From NCBI GenBank assembly GCA_964436465.1, contig CAYTCV010000001.1, positions 31,852 to 95,851 on the forward strand: a stretch of DNA of 64,000 nt, written 5' to 3'. The notes beneath the pieces were generated by a model that made no database searches, was not told the DNA's origin, and saw only the letters and a program-made list of their open reading frames with translations. The translations under genes and the position numbers were made by a program. Origin of the DNA: an uncultured bacterium (GTDB lineage: Bacteria > RBG-13-66-14). Positions 43,126-52,288 of this stretch are shown piece after piece; the first letter of the stretch is position 1, and every line of letters begins with the position of its first letter.

Positions 43126-45171
43126 TCACAGAGACTGAATCTCTGCGTAGAGCTGCCGGTCGTTGAAGCCGGCCAACTGAGCCGAGTTGGAGCGGCAGAC
43201 CGCCGTGCACAGCCCGCAGCCCTGGCACAGGCCCGGGTTGACCTCGGCCACCATCCGCAGCACCGCGCCCTCGCGGTTCTTGATTTCCTTCTCGGTGATG
43301 GCCTGGTAGGGACAGGCGTTGACGCAGTCCCAGCAGCCGATGCAGGTCGTCTCGTTGATGTGGGCTACGACGGGCTCGCGCTCCAGCTCGTCGAAGGCGA
43401 AGAGGTTCTGAATTTTCGAGGCGGCGGCGGAGCCCTGGGCCACGCAGTCCGGGATGTCCATGGGCCCCTGGCAGACCCCGGCGAGGAAGATGCCGCCCGT
43501 GTTCGTCTCCACGGGCCGCAGCTTCGGGTGGGCCTCGACGTAGAACCCATGCTGGTCGTAGCTGATGGAGAGCTTGCGGGCCAGCTCCTTGGCGTCGGGC
43601 TGGGGAATCATGGCCGGGGCGACCACGACCATGTCCACGGCCACCTCGAGCTCCTCCCCGGCGATGGTGTCGGCGCCCTTGAGGACCAGCTTGTCGCCGT
43701 CGCGGTAAATTCGGGATACGCGGCCGCGCAGGTAGAGCGCCCCGTCCTCCTCGATGGCCCGGCGGACGAACTCCTCGTAGCGCTTGCCGCCCGCGCGCAC
43801 ATCCATGTAGAACACCACCGGTTGCCCGTCGTGCACGGCGTGCTTGTAGAGCATGGTGTGCTTGGCGGTGTACATGCAGCAGATTTTACTGCAGAACTCG
43901 ATGCCCTTCTCCGGGCAGCGGGAGCCGATGCACTGCAGGAAGGCGATTGTTTGGGGGACCTTGTTGTCCGAGGGGCGCTTGAGCTGGCCCAGGGTGGGCC
44001 CCGACGAGGTCACGATGCGCTCGAACTGGAGCCCGTCGATGATGTCGGGGTCCTCGCCGTAGCCGTACTCGCCGTAGCCCGTGTACAGGCTCCCCTCCGG
44101 CTGGCGCCCCAACTCGTAGAGGGTGTAGCCGGTGGCCACGACGACGGCGCCGATGTCGAACTCCAGCAGCTCATCCTGCTGCTCGTAGTCGATGGCCCCG
44201 GTGGGGCAGACCTTTTCGCAGACCTTGCACTTGCCGGTCTGGAAGTAGGTGCAGTAATCGGGGTGGAGGACCGGGGTGTTGGGCACGGCCTGGGGGAAGG
44301 GGGAGTTGATGGCCTTGGTCATGGCGCCCTTCCGGACGTCGGAGGCCTCTTTGTAGCTGCCCTCGAACACCCCGAGGCCGGCCTCGAAGTAGTTGGGCAT
44401 CCGGGAGGGGCACTTCTCCTGGCACAGGCCGCAGCCGGTGCAGAGCTCGGCGTTGACGTAGCGGGCCCGGCGGCGGATGGTGGCCTTGAAGTTGCCGATG
44501 AAGCCCTCCAGCTTCTCCAGCTCGGCCCAGGAGATGATGGTGACCTTGGGGTGCTTGGCCGCCTCGACCATCCGCGGGGTGAGGATGCACTGGGAGCAGT
44601 CCAGGGTGGGGAAGGTTTCGTCGAGCTGGGACATGTGGCCGCCGATGGAGGGATTCCGCTCCAGGAGAATCACCTCGTGGCCGCCGTTGGCGATGTCCAG
44701 GGTGGCCTGGATGCCGGCGATTCCCCCGCCGATGACCAGCGCCCGCTTGGTCATCGGGACCCGGATGCGCTCCAGCGGCTCGTCGAAGAACGTCTTCTCC
44801 ACCATCATCTTCGTCAGCTCGACGGCCTTGGGGGTGCCCGTCTCCTTGGACGGGTGGACCCAGGAGCAGTGCTCGCGGATGTTTGCCACCTCGAGCATGA
44901 AGGGATTCAGGCCGCTGGACTGGGCGGTGGAGCGGAAGGTCTTCTCGTGCATGTGCGGGCTGCAGGCGGCAACCACCACGCCGTCCAGGTGATGCTCCTT
45001 GATGGCCTGGGCAATCATGTCCTGCCCCGGAGCCGAGCAGACGAACTTGTAGTCCGCCGCGTAGACCACCCCGGGGATTTTCTTGATTTCCTCGGCCACC
45101 CGGGGGCAGTCCACGGTGTCGCCGATGTTCTTGCCACAGTGGCAGACGAAAACGCCTATTCTGCGGGCCAT
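43126..45171 (-). CDS. hdrA: heterodisulfide reductase subunit A (HdrA), FAD + multiple 4Fe-4S
   Basis: 681 aa; N-terminal Cys cluster, FAD-binding VIGGGIAGIQA, ferredoxin motifs CTGCGLCQEKCP and CIGCWDCVNACP, CCG-adjacent thioredoxin-like inserted domain; the antisense 728-aa ORF is rejected. Confidence 0.95.
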   Translation of the reverse strand: MARRIGVFVCHCGKNIGDTVDCPRVAEEIKKIPGVVYAADYKFVCSAPGQDMIAQAIKEHHLDGVVVAACSPHMHEKTFRSTAQSSGLNPFMLEVANIREHCSWVHPSKETGTPKAVELTKMMVEKTFFDEPLERIRVPMTKRALVIGGGIAGIQATLDIANGGHEVILLERNPSIGGHMSQLDETFPTLDCSQCILTPRMVEAAKHPKVTIISWAELEKLEGFIGNFKATIRRRARYVNAELCTGCGLCQEKCPSRMPNYFEAGLGVFEGSYKEASDVRKGAMTKAINSPFPQAVPNTPVLHPDYCTYFQTGKCKVCEKVCPTGAIDYEQQDELLEFDIGAVVVATGYTLYELGRQPEGSLYTGYGEYGYGEDPDIIDGLQFERIVTSSGPTLGQLKRPSDNKVPQTIAFLQCIGSRCPEKGIEFCSKICCMYTAKHTMLYKHAVHDGQPVVFYMDVRAGGKRYEEFVRRAIEEDGALYLRGRVSRIYRDGDKLVLKGADTIAGEELEVAVDMVVVAPAMIPQPDAKELARKLSISYDQHGFYVEAHPKLRPVETNTGGIFLAGVCQGPMDIPDCVAQGSAAASKIQNLFAFDELEREPVVAHINETTCIGCWDCVNACPYQAITEKEIKNREGAVLRMVAEVNPGLCQGCGLCTAVCRSNSAQLAGFNDRQLYAEIQSL

Positions 45172-45212
45172 TTAACTTTCTCCTTCAAGCGCGTCGGGCG
45201 CAGATGGCGGGG

Positions 45213-45491
45213 TCACTCGAAGAGGTCCGGCTTCTTCCGCTCCGTCTCCTGGTGGTAGAGGCGGGCGATGATGCGGCGGCTCTGCAGGTACCGGATGATG
45301 CCGACGGCGGTGATGATGCCTCCCAGGGGGAGGAAGACCCAGCCGAGTACCTGGAATATCAGCACGTCGCCGAAGAACTTCAGCATCGTGAATCCCACCG
45401 CTCCGAAGCCCAGAGCGGTGCGGATGTAAGCCAAAAGGGTTCTTTCGGCGGCCAGGAGGTTCCTATGGGCGGCCAGTTTATCCCGAATCAA
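45213..45491 (-). CDS. DUF202 (YidH-like) small membrane protein
   Basis: ERTLLAYIRTALGFGAVGF signature of the DUF202 family; 92 aa; embedded in the hdr operon. Confidence 0.7.
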   Translation of the reverse strand: MIRDKLAAHRNLLAAERTLLAYIRTALGFGAVGFTMLKFFGDVLIFQVLGWVFLPLGGIITAVGIIRYLQSRRIIARLYHQETERKKPDLFE

Positions 45492-46264
45492 TGGACCCTC
45501 TCGCCGTATTTGCCGACCTTGAGTTGGTCGAACCGGCAGGCCCCGCCCGTCTCGCCGGTGCTCGGCTCATCGGGGGAAGCCTCCTCGGAGGATTCGGCTG
45601 TCGAGACGGCGCCTACCCTGCGGAAATCGTGGACGTACAAGCCGCGGACCAGGCCGCTCTTCGGCGACGCGCCGTCCCAGAGGGCCGAGTAAGCGGCGTC
45701 CAGGAGCGCGTCATCGGCGACTTTCTGGCCGCTCGAACGGATGAGCCAGACATCGAGCGCCAGCCCCACGTCGTCCACCTCGAGACCGATGACGGCGAAG
45801 CCGTCCACGGCATAGTCCACGCGGATGGGTGAATGGGGCCGGAGCTCCGCCAGCGGCTCGGAGTCCTCCGTTTCCGCGGACGGCTTGGTCAACGCCGGGC
45901 CCAGCGGGTCGCCGGGGTTGACGCCCAGCTCGAACCGGTAGGGAATGGTGAGCCGGCTCGATACGGGGACGCCCTCCAGGGTGGCCGGTTTCCAGTGGGT
46001 GGCCTCAGCCGCCTCGAGGGCGGCGAGGTCGATGTCCTCCCGGTTGCTCGACTGCGCGAGCCAGGCTTCGCTCACCTCGCCGAGCCCGTTGATTATAAGG
46101 CTGACGCGGCACTCCCCCTCGAATCCGGCCTCGGCGGCTTCCGGGGGGTAGGCCGGCGGCTCGATGGGCTCCAGCGGAACGGGCGCGGTGTAATTCACCG
46201 CCGCCCCGGCGGCGCCGGAGAGCAGGACTAGGATTGCGGAAATCTGTAAGACTAGACTCTTCAT
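45488..46264 (-). CDS. secreted protein with two TonB-C-terminal-like domains
   Basis: Start set at MKSLVLQISAILVLLSGAAGA (signal peptide); two segments (GECRVSLIINGLGEVSEAWL...VPVSSRLTIPYRFEL; FAVIGLEVDDVGLALDVWLIRSS) resemble TonB C-terminal domains. This is a weak call. Confidence 0.4.
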   Translation of the reverse strand: MKSLVLQISAILVLLSGAAGAAVNYTAPVPLEPIEPPAYPPEAAEAGFEGECRVSLIINGLGEVSEAWLAQSSNREDIDLAALEAAEATHWKPATLEGVPVSSRLTIPYRFELGVNPGDPLGPALTKPSAETEDSEPLAELRPHSPIRVDYAVDGFAVIGLEVDDVGLALDVWLIRSSGQKVADDALLDAAYSALWDGASPKSGLVRGLYVHDFRRVGAVSTAESSEEASPDEPSTGETGGACRFDQLKVGKYGERVH

Positions 46265-46269
46265 CGCGT

Positions 46270-47133
46270 TCAGGCAAATCTCGCCGAGACGGAACGGGTC
46301 GGGACCAGGTGCATGTTCAATCCGAGCTCCCGGGGCTTGTGCCCGTAGGCCAGGCCGATGAGCTCGGTGAGGTAGACGATGGGAATCCGCAGTTTTTTTC
46401 CGGCTATTCTTCCGGCGCCGCTCTGGCGCATGTCCAGGTTGGCGTGGCACATGGGGCAGGCCACGGCGATGCAGTCCGCCGAAACCTTTTCCGCCGCCAC
46501 GAGGATTTTGGCCGCCAGGGCCTCCACGATGTCCACCCGGCTGAAGGGGAAGGCCGCCCCGCAGCACTCGGTGCGGTGGCTCCAATCCACCGGCTCCGCG
46601 CCGACGCTCTCGAGAATCCGCTCCATCTTGCGCGGCTCCTCGGTGTCGTCCACGACGGCGTAATCCGGCGGCCGCGTGAGCAGGCAGCCGTAGTAGCAGG
46701 CGACCTTCAGGCCCTCCAGACGGCGGTGGACCTTTTTCGTAATCTCCTCATAACCGACGTCGTCGGCGAGGAAATCCACGATGTGCTTGACCTCGACCGA
46801 GCCGTCGTAGGGTTCCTCGACCGTCTCGGCGACCCGGGCCGCCAGCTTCTTGTCGTGCCTGAGCTCGTAGTTCGCGGCCGAGAGCCGGGAGTAACACGCG
46901 GCGCAGGTGGTCAGCACCGGAAGGCCGAGCGGCTTCGCCTGCGACAGATTGTACGCCCCCAGGGAAACGGACAGGAGCTTCGAGTGGTGGTGTCCGGGGG
47001 AGGCGGCGCAGCAGACCCAGTCCGGCACCTCCGTCAGCTCGACGCCCAGGTCCTTGAACACGGCGAAGGCGCTTTTCTCGAACTCGCGGCTGGTGCCGTG
47101 GTTGGAACAGCCGGGGTAGTAGGCGATTTTCAA
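46270..47133 (-). CDS. hdrB: heterodisulfide reductase subunit B (HdrB), two CCG domains
   Basis: YYPGCS, WVCCAAS, CAACY, YYGCLLTRP, ECCGA, ACPMCHANLD, typical HdrB CCG cysteine-rich motifs. Confidence 0.9.
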   Translation of the reverse strand: MKIAYYPGCSNHGTSREFEKSAFAVFKDLGVELTEVPDWVCCAASPGHHHSKLLSVSLGAYNLSQAKPLGLPVLTTCAACYSRLSAANYELRHDKKLAARVAETVEEPYDGSVEVKHIVDFLADDVGYEEITKKVHRRLEGLKVACYYGCLLTRPPDYAVVDDTEEPRKMERILESVGAEPVDWSHRTECCGAAFPFSRVDIVEALAAKILVAAEKVSADCIAVACPMCHANLDMRQSGAGRIAGKKLRIPIVYLTELIGLAYGHKPRELGLNMHLVPTRSVSARFA

Positions 47134-47148
47134 GAATCCTCCCAGGCT

Positions 47149-47727
47149 CTATTCGGTGCCTTCGGATTCGGTTCCGAGTACCCGCTTGTAGATGTCTTTG
47201 ACGGCCTGCCGGCCCTTCTTCGTCCCCCGCTGGGGGAAGAGTCTGAGCTTGCCCTTGAACAACAGGCCCGGCAGCTTGGTCATGTTGTTGAAGAAGTGTC
47301 CGCTGGTCAGGTTATACATCGCGGCGAGCTGGGCCTCGAACAGGCGGCTGTGCATCCGCACCGTGCCCAGGAATCGGCGCTCGAAGGTCAGCAGGTCGCG
47401 GTTCGGCGGCTTGATGCCCCGCATCCGGGCCACCTGGCGCAGGGCGTCCATGACGGCGGCCACGGACACGCCCTTGGGGCAGCGCGTGTAGCAGGTCTCG
47501 CAACTGGCGCAAATCCAGGGGGTGTTCACCTTTAAGAGCCTCTCGCCGAGGCCGAGCTGCAGGTAGCGCATGACGCGGTTCGGCTTGATTTCCATCTCGT
47601 AGGCGGTCGGGCAGCCGGCGGAGCAGTTGCCGCACTGGTAGCACTCCGCGGCGACCTGGCCCGAGAGCGCCTCGACCTGTCGCTCGATGTCGCCCTGCAG
47701 CCGCTCAAGCTCGAGAATCAGCTCCAT
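47149..47727 (-). CDS. hdrC: heterodisulfide reductase subunit C (HdrC)
   Basis: CYQCGNCSAGCP and CASCETCYTRCP 2x[4Fe-4S] motifs; 192 aa; first gene of the operon. Confidence 0.85.
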   Translation of the reverse strand: MELILELERLQGDIERQVEALSGQVAAECYQCGNCSAGCPTAYEMEIKPNRVMRYLQLGLGERLLKVNTPWICASCETCYTRCPKGVSVAAVMDALRQVARMRGIKPPNRDLLTFERRFLGTVRMHSRLFEAQLAAMYNLTSGHFFNNMTKLPGLLFKGKLRLFPQRGTKKGRQAVKDIYKRVLGTESEGTE

Positions 47728-47899
47728 GAAATCCCTCGTGGGGTTGAGTTCGTGAAAAATGGTGCGCAGTGGGGGAACGATACGGCTCGCCCTGGAGCAA
47801 GCCCTTTTCGCGGAGGGGATTCGGAAAATCTTTCATCCCACGGCGTAACCTAGCAGACGGGTAAGGCTTTGTCAAGGCCGGTGTATAGCGACGGACCGC

Positions 47900-48046
47900 G
47901 GCCCCTGGTCTCCCTCTCCCCGTGGGAGAGGGATTAAGGGTGAGGGCTACCTTCTGCCCCCTCGCCCCTCTGGGGAGAGGGCTGGGGTGAGGGGAGGGCC
48001 GACCTAAACGGCGCGCCGTCGGTCGGCCCCTACGTAATCGCAGCGG
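47900..48046. repeat. REP-like palindromic element cluster (locus 4)
   Basis: ctccctctccccgtgggagaggg; ttaagggtgagggctacctt (same motif as at 5497); cccctctggggagaggg; ggtcggcccctacgtaatcgcagcggc. Confidence 0.65.
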
Positions 48047-48087
48047 CAATATGGTGCGGATGACCCACAGTTCGCCCTTACCGCTGA

Positions 48088-49692
48088 CTAATCTGCGGCC
48101 CGGGTCTCCGCCTCCTGCCGAATCAGCCGCTCGACCAGCGGGACCGGTGAAATCTCGGCGTAGCCCAGCTCGGCGGCGAGCTCCCCGGGCGTCGGCTTGT
48201 ACCCCTGCGACCACAACCCCTCCAGAAAATCCCCCGCCGCCGGGTCGCGCCACCACTCCCCGCCGAAACGGTCCAGGAGCGTCTCGCGGACCAGGGCCTC
48301 CAGCATCCAGGCGTAGAGGTAGTCAGTAGTGTAAAAATCCTCGTTGGTGGTGTAGAGGCCGACGTCGTACTCCTCCTCGGTGCGGGTCCAGACGCCGGCC
48401 CAGTCAATCAGCTCCCGGTAGCTTTCTCGCGGGTCGGCCTCCACGCCGTGGAGGGAGAGCTCGTACAGGAAGCTCACGCAGTAAGCCCGCAGGCCGGAGA
48501 CCTCGCAGTAGAGCTGTTCGCGCCGGAAGCTCCGACTTTCCGCCTCGTCCGTCATCCCCACGGCCCGGCTCAGGAACGCCGGGTTCTCGAAGACGTTCTC
48601 GAAGGTGAAAGCGTAGGTCTCGGTCACCGCGTCGTCGCCGAGGAGCTTGAACTCGTAGGGCAGGCTCGGGTCGGTGAAGGCGAAGTGCAGGGCGTGGCCC
48701 ATCTCGTGGAACAGGGTCTCGTAGTCGGTGAACCCGCCCGTGGGCTTGACCAGAACCCGGACGTCCTCGGGGACCCGCATGGGCCAGCAGGCGGCGCGGG
48801 GCTCCTTCTCCGGCCGGTCCTCGGAGTCGAGCCGGATGTTCGTCAGGCCTTCGAAATCGATGCCGAGTCCGTGGGTGAAATCGAGCCACAGGGGGATGAG
48901 CCCCTCGGCGGGGAAGTGCGAATCGTAGGCATCGGTGCGCCAGAGCTGGCCCCGGTCGTAGCTGCGCACGTCCGCCAGGGCCAGGTCGGGGAAGACCTCC
49001 GCCACCCTTTCGCGCGCCAGGGTCTCGAACAGGCCCCGCGTAGCGCCCAGGATGTAGAGGCAGTCGCCGGTGAGCTGGCCGAAATCCCGGCCGTAGATTT
49101 GGGCGTAGTAATCCACGAAGTCGTCGAAACCCAGCTCGCGGCACTCCCCGCGGGTGGCCTCCACGATTCCCGCCAGGCGCGGGTTGATTTCGTCCACGAT
49201 GAACCCCCGCTCGGCGGTCCACAACTCCCGGCGGCGGTCGCGGTCGTCGGAGCGGAAGATGACGTCGTCCATCTGCCGGTAGGGAATCTCCTCCCCGGCG
49301 ACCTCGAGGACCGCGGACGCCTCGGTGGAGACGTAGTCGTTGTAGAGCTCGTCGAGGGGGAACCAGAGAAGGTTATTCTCTAAGTCTCTCACCAGGAACG
49401 CGTAGGACCGGCGCTGGAGCGGGTCCGTCGCTTCGGCCTCCAGGGAGCGCAGCCAGTCCGCCAGGGCGGGGTCGTCCAGGTAGGCGTACTTCTCGTAGAT
49501 GGGCCCGGTGTCGACCTCCTCGCCGTAGGCGTCCATGGCGTAGTACGCCTCGCCCAGCTCGTAGCCGAAATTCTCCAGGTCCCCGCGCAGCGTATCCACG
49601 GTGAGTGGCTCTCCGTCGGGGCCGAGCGGCGACGGGAGGGACGCGAGGGCGCCGGAAACGATGAGCAGCAGAAAGAGTGTGTTACGTCGCAT
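48088..49692 (-). CDS. secreted zinc metallopeptidase (HExxH; M3/oligoendopeptidase-like)
   Basis: Signal peptide MRRNTLFLLLIVSGALASL; HEMGHALH zinc-binding motif with downstream Glu; 534 aa. Confidence 0.6.
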   Translation of the reverse strand: MRRNTLFLLLIVSGALASLPSPLGPDGEPLTVDTLRGDLENFGYELGEAYYAMDAYGEEVDTGPIYEKYAYLDDPALADWLRSLEAEATDPLQRRSYAFLVRDLENNLLWFPLDELYNDYVSTEASAVLEVAGEEIPYRQMDDVIFRSDDRDRRRELWTAERGFIVDEINPRLAGIVEATRGECRELGFDDFVDYYAQIYGRDFGQLTGDCLYILGATRGLFETLARERVAEVFPDLALADVRSYDRGQLWRTDAYDSHFPAEGLIPLWLDFTHGLGIDFEGLTNIRLDSEDRPEKEPRAACWPMRVPEDVRVLVKPTGGFTDYETLFHEMGHALHFAFTDPSLPYEFKLLGDDAVTETYAFTFENVFENPAFLSRAVGMTDEAESRSFRREQLYCEVSGLRAYCVSFLYELSLHGVEADPRESYRELIDWAGVWTRTEEEYDVGLYTTNEDFYTTDYLYAWMLEALVRETLLDRFGGEWWRDPAAGDFLEGLWSQGYKPTPGELAAELGYAEISPVPLVERLIRQEAETRAAD

Positions 49693-50659
49693 GTGTCTCT
49701 CCGTGTCCGCGGAGGAGTTCGAGGGTTTTGGTAAATACCGGCGGTGGCTCCGAAGTAAAGGTCAAACGTTCGCCGCTCTCCGGGTGATTGAAGGCCAGCA
49801 ACCGGGCGTGGAGGGCCTGGCCTTCGAGGGGCAGGCCGGCGGAGGCGCGGCGGCTGGCCCGTGTGCCGTACACCTCGTCCCCCAGGAGCGGATGGCCCCG
49901 GTGGGCGAGGTGCACCCGGACCTGGTGCGTGCGGCCGGTTTCCAGGCGGCATTCGACCAGCGCGGCCCAGGGCTCTTTGGGCGGCAGGGTTTCCAGGACG
50001 CGGTAATGGGTCACGGCTTGGCGGCCGCTCTGCACCACGGCGAAGCGCTTGCGGTCCCGCGGATGGCGGCCGATGGGCGCCTCGATGGTCCCCGCGGCGG
50101 GCTCCGGCACGCCGTAGGTGAGCGCCCGGTAGACCCGCTCGGTGGTGTGCGCCGAGAACTGGCCCACCAGCGACAGGAGAGCGGCCCGGGTCTTGGCCAG
50201 CACCAGCACCCCCGAGGTGTCCATGTCGAGCCGGTGGACCACCCCGGGGCGGCGTCCGTCTCCCACTACGGCCAACCGGATTCCCCGGGCGGAAAGGGCG
50301 TTCAGCAGGGTGTCGTCGGCGTGGCCGTGGGCCGGGTGGACGACGAGCCCCGCCGGCTTGTCCACCACGACTACCAAGGAATCCTCGTACAGGATTTCAA
50401 TCTCCGCCTCGCGGGGGGTGAGCGGGTCGAGCGGTTCCGGCTCGGCCAGGGCCTCGGGCAGGATTGTCACCCTCTCGCCGCCTTTGAGCCTTTTATCCGA
50501 CGAGGAGGGAGCTCCGTCGAGGAGAATGAGCCCCTCCCGGATGGCCGCCGTGATGCGCGAGCGCGAGACGCCGAGCCTTTGGGCCAGGTAGCGGTCCAGC
50601 CGCCCCCCGGTTGCTTCTTCGTCGGCCTGAAATTCCACCGTTCCAGCGTCCACGTTCAA
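49682..50659 (-). CDS. rluD: RluA-family 23S rRNA pseudouridine synthase (RluD-like)
   Basis: N-terminal S4 domain (RLDRYLAQRLGVSRSRI), catalytic HRLDMDTSGVLVLAK motif. Confidence 0.85.
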   Translation of the reverse strand: MNVDAGTVEFQADEEATGGRLDRYLAQRLGVSRSRITAAIREGLILLDGAPSSSDKRLKGGERVTILPEALAEPEPLDPLTPREAEIEILYEDSLVVVVDKPAGLVVHPAHGHADDTLLNALSARGIRLAVVGDGRRPGVVHRLDMDTSGVLVLAKTRAALLSLVGQFSAHTTERVYRALTYGVPEPAAGTIEAPIGRHPRDRKRFAVVQSGRQAVTHYRVLETLPPKEPWAALVECRLETGRTHQVRVHLAHRGHPLLGDEVYGTRASRRASAGLPLEGQALHARLLAFNHPESGERLTFTSEPPPVFTKTLELLRGHGETHAT

Positions 50660-50733
50660 TCCCGTTTTACGGCGGTGCCGTCCCGGTTTGACCCCCGGTG
50701 TCGGAGGGCGGTAAAATCCCCTCGGGAGGCCCC

Positions 50734-50970
50734 ATGCCCTACGTCCGGTACCGCGGTCGGTACGCCGTTCTGGTCCACGCCTGCCGCCGGGGCGGGAAGG
50801 TTGTGCAGCGGCACCTGGCCTATCTGGGGAAGCGGTCGAGGGTGGAGCCGGAGCTGCGGGCGAAAATCGAGGCCCGGTTCCCGGAAATCGCCTTCGACTG
50901 GGAAAAGCTGGAATCTTGTCTGCGCGGCGGCGCCGGGAGAAGCGCTTCGAGCTGGCTCGAGGAGGATTAG
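50734..50970 (+). CDS. hypothetical small basic protein
   Basis: GGGAGG RBS 5 nt upstream of the ATG at 50734; 78 aa (MPYVRYRGRYAVLVHACRRGGKVVQRHLAYLGK...). Divergent from rluD. Weak call. Confidence 0.3.
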   Translation: MPYVRYRGRYAVLVHACRRGGKVVQRHLAYLGKRSRVEPELRAKIEARFPEIAFDWEKLESCLRGGAGRSASSWLEED

Positions 50971-51035
50971 CGTCGAGACAGTGTATTCAAGCCCCGTGGA
51001 AGGGGCTTTTTTGGATTCCCTCGCCGGACCGGCGG

Positions 51036-52214
51036 TCAATCCTGCCGGAAGAGGATGATGCGCGCCTGGTCCTCCGGCACGTACTCCTCCTCCCACGGCT
51101 CGTACCAGAAGTAGGCGTCCACGACCCACAGGTCGCCGTCCTCCGTCACCGTCAGGTCCAGGGGGCAGCGCAGCCGCCAGTAACCCTCGCCGTAGATGAC
51201 CGCCAGCAGCTCGCCGTCGCCGGAGAACTTCTGGATGCGGGCGTTGCGTGCGTCGCAGACGTAGATGTTCCCGTCGGAGTCCGTGTCAATCCCGAAGGGG
51301 GAGGAAAGCTGGCCGTTGTGGAAGCCGAATTTGCCGATGGTCCCCTGGTAGCGGAATATGTATGGATAGGTATATAACGGGTCGTAATCGGGGTCCTCGG
51401 GGTCGGTGGGCGTGGGCTCCATGGTGAATTTCTGGAGCCGGTGGTTGATGGTGTCGGAGACGACGACCGTCTCGTCGGGCGTCACGCAGATGCCCATGGG
51501 CCGGTAGAATCTACCTTCCTGGTCCCCCTCGCCGCCACCCACGGCCGTCACGGATTCCCCCTCGATGTGGAAGAGGTAGCCCAACGCGACGTCGGTGTAC
51601 ACGACTTTATCCGACGGGTAGTAGACCACTGGGCCGGGTTGATAGGTAACGGGGTACCCGACGAGGATGTCGGTTTGGGTTATCTGGGTATAGCGGGGAC
51701 GTCGGTCGTCGGGATTGTCCAGATATGGCACGGGCAGTTTCAGCTTGGAGACCTGCCTCCCGAACTCGAACACGGGACCCATCTCCGACTGGGATTCGGA
51801 GACGTACATCAGCTCGTTATCGGAGGTCGATTCAGGCTCCGATTCGATGAAGAGCTGGTAGGTGGTTTCCAGGCGCCCGCGGGGCCAGACCCAGTAGGCG
51901 TCCCAAATCGCGCTGCCGTCGGGGTTGGGGATGAAGCGCTCGAGGTAACCGCCCCGGATGTTGGTGACCAACAGGTTGCCCTCGGAATCGGTCGTGATGG
52001 AGTAGGGGAACCAGAAGCCCCAGTCGGGGTCGCCTTCGGCGTCTCCGAGGGAGTAGGGGCCGGGGTCCGGGTCGCCGACCCGGGTGATTTCGAAGCCGCC
52101 GATGGAGGAGTAGCTTTCGGTGGGTACGGGGTAGACGGTCTCCTCGCAGCCGGTGAGGAGCAGGGTGGCGCAGGCCGTGCCCAGGGCGAACAGACTGTGT
52201 TTTTTCAGGACCAT
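51036..52214 (-). CDS. NHL-repeat beta-propeller lipoprotein
   Basis: MVLKKHSLFALGTACATLLLTGC lipoprotein signal; repeated NHL-like blades (DSEGNLLVTN, GICVTPDETVVVSD, IDTDSDGNIYVCDARNARIQKF, DLTVTEDGDLWVVD). Confidence 0.65.
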   Translation of the reverse strand: MVLKKHSLFALGTACATLLLTGCEETVYPVPTESYSSIGGFEITRVGDPDPGPYSLGDAEGDPDWGFWFPYSITTDSEGNLLVTNIRGGYLERFIPNPDGSAIWDAYWVWPRGRLETTYQLFIESEPESTSDNELMYVSESQSEMGPVFEFGRQVSKLKLPVPYLDNPDDRRPRYTQITQTDILVGYPVTYQPGPVVYYPSDKVVYTDVALGYLFHIEGESVTAVGGGEGDQEGRFYRPMGICVTPDETVVVSDTINHRLQKFTMEPTPTDPEDPDYDPLYTYPYIFRYQGTIGKFGFHNGQLSSPFGIDTDSDGNIYVCDARNARIQKFSGDGELLAVIYGEGYWRLRCPLDLTVTEDGDLWVVDAYFWYEPWEEEYVPEDQARIILFRQD

Positions 52215-52288
52215 CGTCAGCATTTTACCACACCGCCCCGCGGCCCGCCAACGGTACGCCAATGGTATAATCACCGGTCGGAGGACTG

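Noticed and set aside
43072-45258. 728-aa plus-strand ORF opposite hdrA
   Set aside because: hdrA on the minus strand is unambiguous (FAD site, four ferredoxin motifs); the plus-strand ORF is an antisense artefact.
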